Part shown: in pieces, positions 1-8,839 of the stretch
Position numbering within the stretch: position 1 is the stretch's first letter
Layout of the letters: every line of letters begins with the position of its first letter
Sequence record: NZ_CP102715.1
DNA from: a plasmid
DNA: 44,665 bases
Reading direction: 5' to 3' (one strand)
Program-made: the position numbers and the translations under genes
Notes under the pieces: model-generated
Told to the model about the DNA's origin: nothing
What the model saw: only the letters and a program-made list of their open reading frames with translations
The model's database searches: none

Positions 1-164
1 CTCTTTGTCCTCATCGGAGATTCCACCCTCAGTGAAAAACCGGGCATCCATCCATTTCCATGTACCAATAATTGAATCCCCTTCAACAGCAACTTTCCAA
101 GGATTGTTATCAGAATTTAGAACCTTTGGTGCATCGCTTAAAACTTTTTCTTTCTCAATCATAA
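1..164 (-). CDS. Hypothetical protein, partial. The start codon is at 164 and the 3' end runs off the window.
   Basis: Reverse complement of 1-164 reads MIEKEKVLSDAPKVLNSDNNPWKVAVEGDSIIGTWKWMDARFFTEGGISDEDKE with no stop before the window edge. A GGAG RBS-like motif (AAGAAGGAGATGATTTCTTATG on the minus strand) precedes the ATG. It is absent from the ORF track only because no stop is reached. Confidence 0.35.
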
Positions 165-394
165 GAAATCATCTCCTTCTTTTGATAATCATTACTGAAC
201 ATAACTAACCTTATAATACCAAGACTAGTCATATCGCCAGTAGTAAACTTGATCATACTATAACCATAGTATACAATATAACTGACACATTAAATAATAA
301 AAACTAGTTGGCCTTGCCGAAGCGATATTCCGCTGCGGTAAGGTCATTTCTTTTGCCTGAAATAAAGGAACGCGTAAAGTAATCGATACCTTCT

Positions 395-498
395 GTCATC
401 AGCTGGGCAGGTATGGGTGACGTCGATGTTGCCCGTAATACTGGGATTAAGCGAACAACCTTTATTCGATATCGTAAGAAACTTAACATCAAGAGATA
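395..498 (+). pseudogene. Serine recombinase (resolvase) 3' fragment, HTH domain only
   Basis: Translates to ..AGMGDVDVARNTGIKRTTFIRYRKKLNIKR*. This is near-identical to the C-termini of the full resolvase at 32007-32612 and the fragment at 39325-39714. No N-terminal catalytic domain lies upstream. Confidence 0.6.
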
Positions 499-633
499 GG
501 GCACTTAGCTAGTGTATACTAATAATTCATGAATATAATGTATATGTATCATTTGCAAGCGTACGTGTTATGTGTTATTATGCATGTAATGATGTTTATT
601 AAACTTACTTAGTATGTATGAGGAGGGTCACTA

Positions 634-1425
634 ATGAAAATCATTACATTTTCAGCTATAAAAGGCGGCGTTGGTAAAACTACCCTAGCTTTTAATTATG
701 GTGAATGGTTAGCAAAAAATGGCAAGCATGTTTTATTTATTGACTTAGACCACCAAAGTAATTTAACCCAGACTTACAACATTTACGACAATCAAGACAC
801 CGTTGGCAACATTTTCTTAGATCGAGGGAAAGTCAAAATACATGAAATAAGTGCTTATATTAGTCTAATTGCCGGAGACATGCACCTTGACGATATTGAG
901 CGTACCATTGAAAATAAGACTAACAAAAACATGTTCCTCTATATGTGGTTGTCAGATAATTATGAACGTTTAAATTTAGGAAAATTTGAGTATATTATTT
1001 TGGATTGTCACCCAGATTTTTCTACTGCTACCAAGAATGCAGTAATCATTAGTAATGCTATCCTTAGTCCAATCACACCTAGCGAGCATGGGTATAATGC
1101 AAAATTTAACCTAGAAGAAAGAATTAACGAATTACGCAAAGAAGCCATTGATTACTCTACTAGAGAATCTTATGTCACGACCAAATTATTTTTTATCGCC
1201 AACATGATTAAACACAACACAAGATCATCTCGCGAGTTATTAAAAGCCTTAAAAGGCGATCCCAGTGTATTGGCTATAGTCCCAGAAAAGGAGCTATTCA
1301 ATCGTTCAACGTTGGATAAAAAATCTCTTTCAAAAATGGCTGAAGACCACAAAACATATATTGATCAACATGAATTTTTTGATAGTATGGACAAAACATT
1401 TAATGAAATTACGGAAAAACTATAA
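634..1425 (+). CDS. parA: ParA/Soj-family plasmid partition ATPase
   Basis: Deviant Walker A motif KGGVGKTT near the N-terminus (MKIITFSAIKGGVGKTTLAFNYG..). Length 263 aa. A GAGGAGGG RBS precedes the start. Confidence 0.9.
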   Translation: MKIITFSAIKGGVGKTTLAFNYGEWLAKNGKHVLFIDLDHQSNLTQTYNIYDNQDTVGNIFLDRGKVKIHEISAYISLIAGDMHLDDIERTIENKTNKNMFLYMWLSDNYERLNLGKFEYIILDCHPDFSTATKNAVIISNAILSPITPSEHGYNAKFNLEERINELRKEAIDYSTRESYVTTKLFFIANMIKHNTRSSRELLKALKGDPSVLAIVPEKELFNRSTLDKKSLSKMAEDHKTYIDQHEFFDSMDKTFNEITEKL

Positions 1426-1496
1426 ATGTTTTGTACACGTATTAATCACATGTATACTTAACGTGTGTGCATATGAATTATAAAGGAGGACTACCT

Positions 1497-1736
1497 ATGG
1501 CATTCGATCCAGAAAACAAAAACATAAAAAAGGCACTACAAAAAAATGAAACAGAACAGCCAACTGATACTAAAGATCAACTTGTTATTCCTGTTTTTAA
1601 AGATGAAGAGGAACGTACTAAGAATTATACCTTTTCACTTCAACCTAGCGCACGCAAAAGACTTGACGGTCTAGCCAAAGAACATAATTTTAAGTCTGCC
1701 TCCAAATTTTTAAATGAGCTTATAAAAAATATGTGA
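1497..1736 (+). CDS. Small ribbon-helix-helix (CopG/ParG-like) partition adaptor protein
   Basis: Immediately downstream of parA. Strong RBS AAAGGAGGACTACCTATG; the track ORF starts earlier at a weaker ATG. C-terminal YTFSLQPSARKRLDGLAKEHNFKSASKFLNELI is RHH-like. Confidence 0.55.
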   Translation: MAFDPENKNIKKALQKNETEQPTDTKDQLVIPVFKDEEERTKNYTFSLQPSARKRLDGLAKEHNFKSASKFLNELIKNM

Positions 1737-1756
1737 TGTCACTTTAAGGGGGGGTT

Positions 1757-1912
1757 ATGGGAATTTCGATAAATATTATATTTTTGCTTGCCAGCCTTAT
1801 CGTCTTTTGGATGATCCCAGCCATTGGAATTGCAAAAAATTATCGTAAGAATTTTTCAAATAATGTCCCTGTTTATCACGTATTTTTGCGGTTGCTATAC
1901 AAGACCAAATAA
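1757..1912 (+). CDS. Small (51-aa) single-TM hydrophobic peptide. Could be a type I-like toxin or a small membrane protein.
   Basis: ATG at 1757 preceded by TAAGGGGGGG. Peptide MGISINIIFLLASLIVFWMIPAIGIAKNYRKNFSNNVPVYHVFLRLLYKTK. Below the 60-aa track cutoff. Lies 20 nt after the RHH gene stop. Confidence 0.3.
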   Translation: MGISINIIFLLASLIVFWMIPAIGIAKNYRKNFSNNVPVYHVFLRLLYKTK

Positions 1913-2415
1913 AGTTGCCGGTTAGAAAGCACTATGCTAAACTAACACTAATTTAACAACCGAATAAAGAGATCAAGCTAAACAGAAAAAATCCCCAATT
2001 CACGAAGAATCAGGGATTTTAGGTTTAGCAAGTAGCTATCAGCCAGCTACTTAAATTCAGTCGATTTTAACTTGGCGGTGAAAATCGACTGAACATTGTT
2101 CTTAATTTGTAGGTTAATTATACCGCAAACCAGTCCGAAAGGACAAGTTAAGGATAGTTAAAAACAAATTAAAGTCAATGGACTAAGTAGCTAACTGGAG
2201 CTATTTAGTCCATTTTTGTTGTTAGAAATTAAAAAAAGTTGCCGACTGGGCAACTCACAGACAGACACATGCTGGTAAATTACAAAGCCTCAAGGCTAAA
2301 TGAACGCTTTGTAATTCAGTTAGAGCATATCAGATTTGTATTTTAAAGCAAATCAAATGTTTTAGCAACTCTCTTTTGAGACAGCGTGTGTCAGTCAAGA
2401 AAGGGAGTTTTTATT

Positions 2416-3525
2416 ATGACAAAATCAACAGATTTTAATTACTATGAAGCAGATAACGTATATGGAGCCTTATTTTTCCAGTTTCCTAAGGTATTAATGT
2501 ATGGCGAGCAATACAAGCATTTAAGCAGTGACGCTAAATTGGCTTATATGGTACTGAAAGACCGGCTCGAGTATTCTTTGCGCAACAATTGGGTTGATGA
2601 AAAAGGACACGTCTACTTTATTTTTACCGTTAAAGAACTACAAGACTTATTTAACTGCGCTACTGAAAAAGCCGTTAAAATCAAAAAAGAATTGCAAACA
2701 GCTAATCTATTAAAACAAATTCAAATGGGATTTAATCCTAAAACGAAAAAGAATGAACCGAATCGTCTATACCTTTCTAAACTCGATGTGAAAGCTACTG
2801 ATGTCTATTTAAGGGGCGAATATGGGCAAAAAAAGCCTGAATCCCTTGCTACAAGCGGAATTTCGAAAATCGAAAGTCCGCATGACTTCGTTGAATCCCT
2901 TGCTACGAGCGGAATTTCGAAAATCGAAAGTCCGCATGACTTCGTTGACGACCCACCGCAAACCCTTGCTACGAGCGGAATTTCGAAAATCGAAAGCAAT
3001 CTATATAAAGACTATAAAAATATAGATACTAATAGATACGATATAGATACTCAAAAGTTGGACTTTCCCACAGCCAATTTTTCACCAGCTGAAATTGAAG
3101 CCCAAAATCGGGATTTAGTAAAACATGCTGATGAGTTCTTAACTGACGAAGATAATGGCTTACCAGTCTTCTTAGAACCAGAAGCCGTGCAACTACTTAG
3201 CTTTTGGTGCCGGACCCCACAACAAATGCGGCGCTTTATTGGCATTATCTTAAACGCCAAATATGCTGTTGAAAAAGAACATAAAGATTTAGGCGTATGG
3301 ATTCTATTAGATGACCCTGATTTGAAAAAAATGATGACCAAAACATTAAGACGCTATTTTAATGTCCTAAGGAGCGACGAGAAACATATCAAGAATATTG
3401 AGAACTACCTGTACGGCACCATGCAAAACCTATTTGGTGTTTGGTGGAACCAACAAGCAGCTAGAGAATATGCGGCCAAACACCCCGAAGAACAAAATAT
3501 TGATAACGAGCATACTTGGGATTAA
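2416..3525 (+). CDS. repA: RepA_N-family plasmid replication initiator
   Basis: N-terminal motif FQFPKVLMYGEQYKHLSSDAKLAYMVLKDRLEYSLRNNWVDEKGHVYFIFTVKELQDLFNC is typical of RepA_N initiators of Firmicutes plasmids (pSK41/pAD1 type). ATG at 2416 with AAGAAAGGGAG RBS; the track start at 2386 is a GTG. Confidence 0.85.
   Translation: MTKSTDFNYYEADNVYGALFFQFPKVLMYGEQYKHLSSDAKLAYMVLKDRLEYSLRNNWVDEKGHVYFIFTVKELQDLFNCATEKAVKIKKELQTANLLKQIQMGFNPKTKKNEPNRLYLSKLDVKATDVYLRGEYGQKKPESLATSGISKIESPHDFVESLATSGISKIESPHDFVDDPPQTLATSGISKIESNLYKDYKNIDTNRYDIDTQKLDFPTANFSPAEIEAQNRDLVKHADEFLTDEDNGLPVFLEPEAVQLLSFWCRTPQQMRRFIGIILNAKYAVEKEHKDLGVWILLDDPDLKKMMTKTLRRYFNVLRSDEKHIKNIENYLYGTMQNLFGVWWNQQAAREYAAKHPEEQNIDNEHTWD
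2835..2998. repeat. In-frame 54-bp tandem repeats (about 3 copies) inside repA. Candidate iterons / internal origin.
   Basis: The DNA unit cccttgctacRagcggaatttcgaaaatcgaaagtccgcatgacttcgttga is repeated head-to-tail. It encodes SLATSGISKIESPHDFVE x3. Confidence 0.7.
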
Positions 3526-3708
3526 AACGCCGTATAAGCTCATTTAAGCCGTTTTAAGTGCTACATGCATAATTATATTAAAATCGCTTTAAAATTGCTT
3601 AGACAGAAGAATAGGGGCTTTTAAATGAGCGTCAGAGCTAACCAGCTCAAAAGTTCAGCCTTTAGATCAACGCCAAGCTCAAGTGATTTGAGGCCAAGGC
3701 TTTATCTA

Positions 3709-3747
3709 TTAATAAGGTACTCAAAAGGTAGTATAATGGTAGTAGTA
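3709..3747 (+). promoter_or_regulatory. Promoter with GGTAGTA direct-repeat operator for the RHH/zeta-like TA operon
   Basis: TATAAT at 3732-3737. GGTAGTA at 3727-3733 and 3738-3744, followed by GTA. This is typical of an RHH repressor site overlapping the -10. Confidence 0.35.
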
Positions 3748-3767
3748 AAAAAGGAGATGAGACAATC

Positions 3768-4049
3768 ATGGCAGTTAAGGAAAAGAAACGGGTCCAAGTC
3801 AAGATTGATAAAGATTTGGCCGATGATACCGAAGCAATTTTAAGCGAATTGGGCTTAAATCCAACCACGGCCATTAACATGTTTTACAAGCGGATTGTTG
3901 CTAATGGTGCTTTGCCTTTTAATGTGTCTTTAAGCGAAGAAGAAAGAGCTAATTTACGCTTTTTAAAGGCGACCGAAGGGACACCAGTCACCGAGTTCAA
4001 GGACGCTAAAGGAGTCACTGATTGGCTCAATGATCCAGATGAGGACTAA
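3768..4049 (+). CDS. DinJ/RelB-family RHH antitoxin or regulator (omega-like)
   Basis: VQVKIDKDLADDTEAILSELGLNPTTAINMFYKRIVANGALPF matches the DinJ-type RHH antitoxin signature. AAGGAG RBS. Confidence 0.7.
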   Translation: MAVKEKKRVQVKIDKDLADDTEAILSELGLNPTTAINMFYKRIVANGALPFNVSLSEEERANLRFLKATEGTPVTEFKDAKGVTDWLNDPDED

Positions 4050-4095
4050 TGGCTTATCAGATTAAATAAATTAATAACTTGGGAGTGTGATTAAC

Positions 4096-4281
4096 ATGAA
4101 AGACACAATTACAATCAATGACTTTTTTGAAATTGCCAAAGAAACTGATTTAAAAGATTTACTTGATAAGTCATTACATGAGCCAGATCCAGAAAAGCGC
4201 AAAGTATATGACGCTTTATATACCTACTTTTTAGATAAAAGGCAAGATGAGGTTATTAAGCGAAAGGACTTTGTCCGTTGA
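4096..4281 (+). CDS. Small helical protein, epsilon-like antitoxin candidate
   Basis: 61 aa. GGGAG RBS. Its stop overlaps the start of the zeta-like gene (ATGA overlap at 4278-4281). Confidence 0.4.
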   Translation: MKDTITINDFFEIAKETDLKDLLDKSLHEPDPEKRKVYDALYTYFLDKRQDEVIKRKDFVR

Positions 4282-4958
4282 TAGATAAACCCCAATATAT
4301 AATTGTTGCTGGTATTAACGGAGCAGGGAAAAGTACGCTATACGATACATTTCCCTGCTTGTTTGACAAAACAAAACGGATTAACGCTGATGAACTTTTA
4401 AGACAAATGGGTGGCGATTGGCATAAAGATAGTGACAACTTAAAAGCCATGAAAGAAGAAAGCAAACAACTACACTATGCTTTAGATCACCAGCAAAGTA
4501 TTCACGTAGAAACAACACTAGCAGGTAGAGGCAAAGCTCAACTCAATTTGATTGACAAAGCTCACAAAAATGGCTTTGAAGTGACTTTATTGTATGTTGC
4601 TTTGCGAGATGAAAATTTAGCTATCCAAAGGGTCAACGAACGGGTACAAAAAGGTGGGCACGGTGTTCCGGTAGTAACGATCAAGAAACGTTATCAGCAA
4701 TCCAAACATAATTTGCCATTAGTGGCCTTTAAATCTGATAAGGTCATGATTTATGATAATAGCGAAAAGTTTACCCCTGTTTATGCAAGAGAGAAGGGAC
4801 AAGTTTTTAAGAACGATTTGAGGCATTTTCCTTGGATAAACCAAAATATTACTTATCCAGAAAATATGCAAAAACAGTTAAAAAATTTTGTAGATCATAA
4901 CTTAGAAGTTAAGCTAAAAAATAATCCTGAAAATAAAAACGATCGGCCTAGTTATTAG
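4278..4958 (+). CDS. Zeta-toxin family P-loop kinase (Zeta_toxin/AAA_33-like)
   Basis: Walker A AGINGAGKST. The downstream INADELLRQ resembles the zeta DxxR catalytic motif. 226 aa. Translationally coupled to the upstream small ORF. Confidence 0.65.
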   Translation: MIDKPQYIIVAGINGAGKSTLYDTFPCLFDKTKRINADELLRQMGGDWHKDSDNLKAMKEESKQLHYALDHQQSIHVETTLAGRGKAQLNLIDKAHKNGFEVTLLYVALRDENLAIQRVNERVQKGGHGVPVVTIKKRYQQSKHNLPLVAFKSDKVMIYDNSEKFTPVYAREKGQVFKNDLRHFPWINQNITYPENMQKQLKNFVDHNLEVKLKNNPENKNDRPSY

Positions 4959-5226
4959 GTTGATCGTTTTTGAATTTGTTCGGTTTATGCGCATTAACGT
5001 AATTAGCAAATATTTTTAAAAGTTCTTCGGTTTGTTCGACCGAGAGGTTATTAGCTTGGAAGTACTTTTCTAATAAAGCCCCTTTTTGAATTAATCGGCG
5101 AGAACGGTCTTTGCGTGCTTGCCGATTTTCATAGTATTTAGATTGCCGTAATTTAAAATCTTCCCGCTCAATTTTTTGTTTTAAACGCGCTTGTTGTTTA
5201 ACTAATTTTTCATATTGATTAGGCAT
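4948..5226 (-). CDS. DUF3847-like coiled-coil protein, a family frequently adjacent to Firmicutes relaxases
   Basis: The pattern KQQARLKQKIEREDFKLRQSKYYENRQARKDRSRRLIQKGALLEKYF fits DUF3847. AGGAAATTCTATG RBS. Confidence 0.45.
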   Translation of the reverse strand: MPNQYEKLVKQQARLKQKIEREDFKLRQSKYYENRQARKDRSRRLIQKGALLEKYFQANNLSVEQTEELLKIFANYVNAHKPNKFKNDQPNN

Positions 5227-5248
5227 AGAATTTCCTCATCTCGTATGG

Positions 5249-5458
5249 CTAATGATCTACGGACTTTTTCTTTAAAAATTCAGAAAATTGCTGGGCTAAA
5301 AGCTTAATCTGATCGTTAGACAAATTAGTATATTCTAAATTGGCTTGATTGATGATTTGTTTACCTAGCCGTTGTTCAATTCTATTTTTTTCGTCCTTAA
5401 TTTTTTGATTAAGGGCTTTTAATTTAGCTTCTTGTTTTTCTAAGTTACTTTGAGACAT
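5249..5458 (-). CDS. Small coiled-coil hypothetical protein
   Basis: Likely starts at MSQSNLEKQ (GGAGGG RBS), not the longer track ORF. Charged coiled-coil composition. Confidence 0.35.
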   Translation of the reverse strand: MSQSNLEKQEAKLKALNQKIKDEKNRIEQRLGKQIINQANLEYTNLSNDQIKLLAQQFSEFLKKKSVDH

Positions 5459-5594
5459 AACGATCCCTCCAATCATATTAGAAATAATCACCGAAACTAT
5501 ATCATATAGGAAACGTTAAGTCAAAGGATAAAAGTTGAAATAGCGAAGCGGAGGGCATACACTAAAAGTGGAGTTAAGGGAATCAGCAGACCGA

Positions 5595-5650
5595 GTGAAA
5601 CGAGGTCAATGCGCACTTACACACAACAACTAAGTTGGTTGTGTTATTGT
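5595..5650 (-). promoter_or_regulatory. Candidate oriT (MOBQ type). The nick core GTAAGTGCGC is on the minus strand, with an adjacent inverted repeat.
   Basis: Minus strand reads 5'-AACACAACCAACTTAGTTGTTGTGT-GTAAGTGCGC-ATTGACC. The 10-mer TAAGTGCGC is identical to the RSF1010/R1162 and pIP501 nick-region cores (..TAAGTGCGCCCT..). An imperfect IR immediately 5' of it matches the organisation of those oriTs. Confidence 0.55.
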
Positions 5651-5716
5651 GCTAAACCCTTGTATCAGAAGTCGCCGTTGGCAACAACAAAAGCAAACCC
5701 ATAGACCCAAAGAAAG

Positions 5717-7792
5717 ATGGTGACCGACATGGCAATTTTTCACATGAGTTTTAGTAATATTAGTGCTGGTAAAGGACGAAGTGCGATTGCCAGTGCCGCT
5801 TATCGAAGTGGTAAAAAGCTATTCGATCAAAAAGAAGGGCGAAGCTATTTTTATGCCCGCTCGGTTTTGCCAGAAAGCTTTATTTTAACCCCCAAAAATG
5901 CACCAGAATGGGCCAGTGATCGAGAGCGGTTGTGGAATGAAGTCGAAAGAAAAGATCGTAGAGCAAATTCACGCTATGCAAAAGAGTTTAACGTGGCTTT
6001 ACCAGTTGAATTAAGTGAAGATGAACAGAAAGAATTATTGACAAAATATGTACAAGAAAATTTTGTTGATGAGGGTATGGTTGCCGACGTAGCAATTCAT
6101 AGAGATCACCCAGATAATCCGCACGCTCATGTTATGTTAACTAATCGTCCATTTAATCCAGACGGAACATGGGGATTGAAAAGTAAAAGGGAAAATATAT
6201 TAGATGAAAATGGGAACAAGACTTATACAGGAAATAGTCGTTTTCCAAGATCAAGAAAGGTGTGGCTAGTTGATTGGGATAAAAAAGAAAAAATCACTGA
6301 ATGGCGGCACAATTGGGCGGTTAGTGTAAATCAAGTTTTAGCACAAAAAAATATTCCGGATCGGATCAGTGAAAAATCCTTTATCGAGCAGGGAATAGAT
6401 GATACCCCAATGCAACATGAGGGAATCAATAGCAAGCGGTATGAAAGAAAAGAATTTAACCAACAAGTAAAGAACTATCGCAAGGCCAAAGCCAGTTATA
6501 AAAACAACCAAGAAAAAGTAATTAATCGAGGTCATTTAGATAGTCTAAGCAAACACTTCTCGTTTAATGAAAAACGGGTGGTCAATGAGTTAAGTCATGA
6601 ACTAAAAACTTATATTAGTTTGGAAAGTTTAGATGATAAGCGGCGCATGCTATTTAATTGGAAAAACAGCACCTTAATTAAACATGCGGTTGGTGAAGAT
6701 GTGACTAAACAATTATTGACAATTAACCAACAAGAAAGCTCACTCAAAAAAGCAGATGAGCTCTTAAATAAAGTGGTTGATCGCACGACTAAAAAACTTT
6801 ATCCAGAGCTTAATTTTGAACAGACCACGCAAGCTGAAAGACGAGAATTAATTAAGGAAACCGATAGCGAACAAACGATTTTCAAAGGCAGTGAATTAAA
6901 CGAACGTTTAATGAACATTCGTGATGATTTGTTGACCCAACAATTATTGACCTTTACCAAACGGCCATACGTTGGCTGGAAGTTATTAATGCAACAAGAA
7001 AAGGAAGTCAAAATCGAGCTTAAATATACGCTGATGATTCATGACGATAGCTTAGAAAGTCTAGAACACGCTGATCAAGGTCTACTAGAAAAGTATTCAC
7101 CAACCGAGCAGCAAAAGATTACTCGCGCAGTCAAAGATTTGCGAACAATCATGGCTGTGAAGCAAGTTATTCAAACCCAATACCAGGAAGTTTTAAAAAG
7201 AGCCTTTCCTAACGGCGATTTTAATGAATTACCAATGATTAAACAGGAACAGGCCTATACAGCAGTGATGTACTATAATCCAGCTTTAAAACCATGTAAG
7301 GTTGAAACAATCGCACAGTGGCAAGCAAAACCACCACAGGTGTTCAGTCCCCAAGAACATCAACAAGGACTAGCTTATTTATCGGGACAGCTCAGCTTAG
7401 ACCAGTTAGAAAATCATCACCTACAACGGGTTTTAAAGCATGATGGCACTAAACAACTCTTTTTGGGTGAATGCAAAGTCGATCCAACGATTAAGAACAG
7501 TCAGATCGAGAAAATCCAAAAGCAGTTAAAAGAGCAACAAGCCAAGGACGATCAGTACCGAAAAGCAAATATGGGGCATTATCAACCGCTAAATTATAAG
7601 CCAGTTAGTCCAGACTATTACTTAAAGACAGCCTTTAGTGATGCGATTATGACTGTTCTATATGCTCGTGATGAAGATTACCAACGGCAAAAGCAAGAAC
7701 GTGGACTGAAAGAAACCGAGTGGGCAATGACGAAAAAGCAGCGGCAACACCAAACCCGGAACCGGCATGAAGATGGGGGTATGCACTTGTAA
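5717..7792 (+). CDS. traA: MobA/MobL-family conjugative relaxase (MOBQ, TraA-like)
   Basis: N-terminal relaxase domain with the HxDxxNxHxH motif ([13 protein letters not shown]) and [17 protein letters not shown].. start. 691 aa. The actual start may be ATG 5729 (MAIFH). Confidence 0.9.
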   Translation: MVTDMAIFHMSFSNISAGKGRSAIASAAYRSGKKLFDQKEGRSYFYARSVLPESFILTPKNAPEWASDRERLWNEVERKDRRANSRYAKEFNVALPVELSEDEQKELLTKYVQENFVDEGMVADVAIHRDHPDNPHAHVMLTNRPFNPDGTWGLKSKRENILDENGNKTYTGNSRFPRSRKVWLVDWDKKEKITEWRHNWAVSVNQVLAQKNIPDRISEKSFIEQGIDDTPMQHEGINSKRYERKEFNQQVKNYRKAKASYKNNQEKVINRGHLDSLSKHFSFNEKRVVNELSHELKTYISLESLDDKRRMLFNWKNSTLIKHAVGEDVTKQLLTINQQESSLKKADELLNKVVDRTTKKLYPELNFEQTTQAERRELIKETDSEQTIFKGSELNERLMNIRDDLLTQQLLTFTKRPYVGWKLLMQQEKEVKIELKYTLMIHDDSLESLEHADQGLLEKYSPTEQQKITRAVKDLRTIMAVKQVIQTQYQEVLKRAFPNGDFNELPMIKQEQAYTAVMYYNPALKPCKVETIAQWQAKPPQVFSPQEHQQGLAYLSGQLSLDQLENHHLQRVLKHDGTKQLFLGECKVDPTIKNSQIEKIQKQLKEQQAKDDQYRKANMGHYQPLNYKPVSPDYYLKTAFSDAIMTVLYARDEDYQRQKQERGLKETEWAMTKKQRQHQTRNRHEDGGMHL

Positions 7793-7811
7793 TTTAAATG
7801 TAAAATAAAAA

Positions 7812-7843
7812 GTGCACTAACGTGCTCATTTAATGGTATAATG
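7812..7843 (+). promoter_or_regulatory. Candidate tra operon promoter (extended -10 TGgTATAAT)
   Basis: TATAAT at 7837-7842 preceded by TGG. The upstream palindrome GTGCACTAACGTGC overlaps the -35 region. Confidence 0.35.
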
Positions 7844-7875
7844 AATCCATAATATAGGGAAAGGAGTATTCACAT

Positions 7876-8187
7876 GTGACAAAGAAGCAAGAATGGTTTA
7901 GCTTAGCTCAAGCTAGTCTCAAACTAGAACGAGGTAGTACGTATGTGAGTGTTTGGTTAAGACGGCACCCTAACGAGTTACCAAGTGAAATGCTCATGGA
8001 AACGGGCAAAGTTAAATTAATATCTGAAGATGGTATTGAATGGATTAAAAACCACATAAAAAAAGAGGGCGTCCTCGTCAGCAGTAGAGTTGCTAACGGG
8101 GATCAGCACCTAGAACCGCAACTTCTAGGTGTCACCCTCCTAACAATCCATTTTACCGGGCGGGTTAGGGGAAAGCTAGTTGTTTAG
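7876..8187 (+). CDS. Hypothetical protein, first gene of the T4SS operon. GTG start.
   Basis: GTG preceded by GGAAAGGAG RBS. The C-terminal third overlaps the terminator stem, so the true end is uncertain. Confidence 0.4.
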   Translation: MTKKQEWFSLAQASLKLERGSTYVSVWLRRHPNELPSEMLMETGKVKLISEDGIEWIKNHIKKEGVLVSSRVANGDQHLEPQLLGVTLLTIHFTGRVRGKLVV

Positions 8188-8209
8188 CGTCCCTAACGCG
8201 CTTTTTTTT
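8160..8209 (+). terminator. Rho-independent terminator
   Basis: GCGGGTTAGGG ... CCCTAACGCGC stem (10/11 bp) followed by T8. Confidence 0.55.
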
Positions 8210-8223
8210 GAGGAGGTGATCCA

Positions 8224-8838
8224 ATGAAAGTGGAAAGCTGGCAAGGCATTAATGGCAAGTTAGTTCATGATGAGCAACAGGCAATTGTGGTTGATAATGA
8301 CCAAGCATTAACTGATCAAAAGCAGCTACAAGCGATTTTGGATCAAGATGGTCAGCCAGTTGACGAAGTCCGACAAGCAATGATTAAGAAGACCGTTAAA
8401 CGTCAGCTAAAAACGCCACCATTAAAGCTTAGGGGCTGGTTTAATCGTCATCAAGACAGTCAAAGTGCTAAAAAGGCCGAAAAGTTGGTGAGTGACAAAC
8501 CGACCCATCAATATAAGCAGATCAAAAATGAAATGACCTTTTTTGGTGAGAGTTTCCTGGAAGGCTTCTTAGGCTTCTATGGCTTAGAAGTTGATAACGC
8601 CTTAGGCCGTTACGAACATAATTTGCATGTCTTAGAGACCCAAGAATTAGGCCAGTCAGAAAAAGAGTATTACTTAGCCACGAGTGAAAACGGCCGCGTC
8701 AAATTAGCCACCGATCCATTACCAAGCCAGCAAATTGCCGAGGAACAATTGAACAAGTTCTATCAGCGTGAGCCAGAAGAAACGCAGGCAGAACAAATTC
8801 AATTACGAACATCAGAAGACGATGGGAAGGAGGAATAA
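8224..8838 (+). CDS. Hypothetical conjugation-cluster protein
   Basis: GAGGAGG RBS. 204 aa, acidic. No recognisable motif. Confidence 0.45.
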   Translation: MKVESWQGINGKLVHDEQQAIVVDNDQALTDQKQLQAILDQDGQPVDEVRQAMIKKTVKRQLKTPPLKLRGWFNRHQDSQSAKKAEKLVSDKPTHQYKQIKNEMTFFGESFLEGFLGFYGLEVDNALGRYEHNLHVLETQELGQSEKEYYLATSENGRVKLATDPLPSQQIAEEQLNKFYQREPEETQAEQIQLRTSEDDGKEE

Positions 8839-8839
8839 C

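Noticed and set aside
5-208. 67-aa plus-strand ORF at the window start
   Set aside because: No RBS. The opposite strand carries an RBS-primed ORF running off the window, which is more plausible.
304-504. 66-aa minus-strand ORF
   Set aside because: It lies antisense to the resolvase 3' fragment. Its tail (..EGIDYFTRSFISGKRNDLTAAEYRFGKAN) may be a remnant of an unrelated gene, but there is no start/RBS context.
2805-3025. ORFs 2805-2999 (-) and 2822-3025 (+) and the idea of a CRISPR array at the 54-bp repeats
   Set aside because: The repeats are contiguous with no spacers and are in-frame within repA. The alternative-frame ORFs are repeat artefacts.
3625-3880. Overlapping 72-aa ORFs on both strands upstream of and across the dinJ-like gene
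   Set aside because: No RBS. They overlap the promoter/operator and the start of a well-supported gene.
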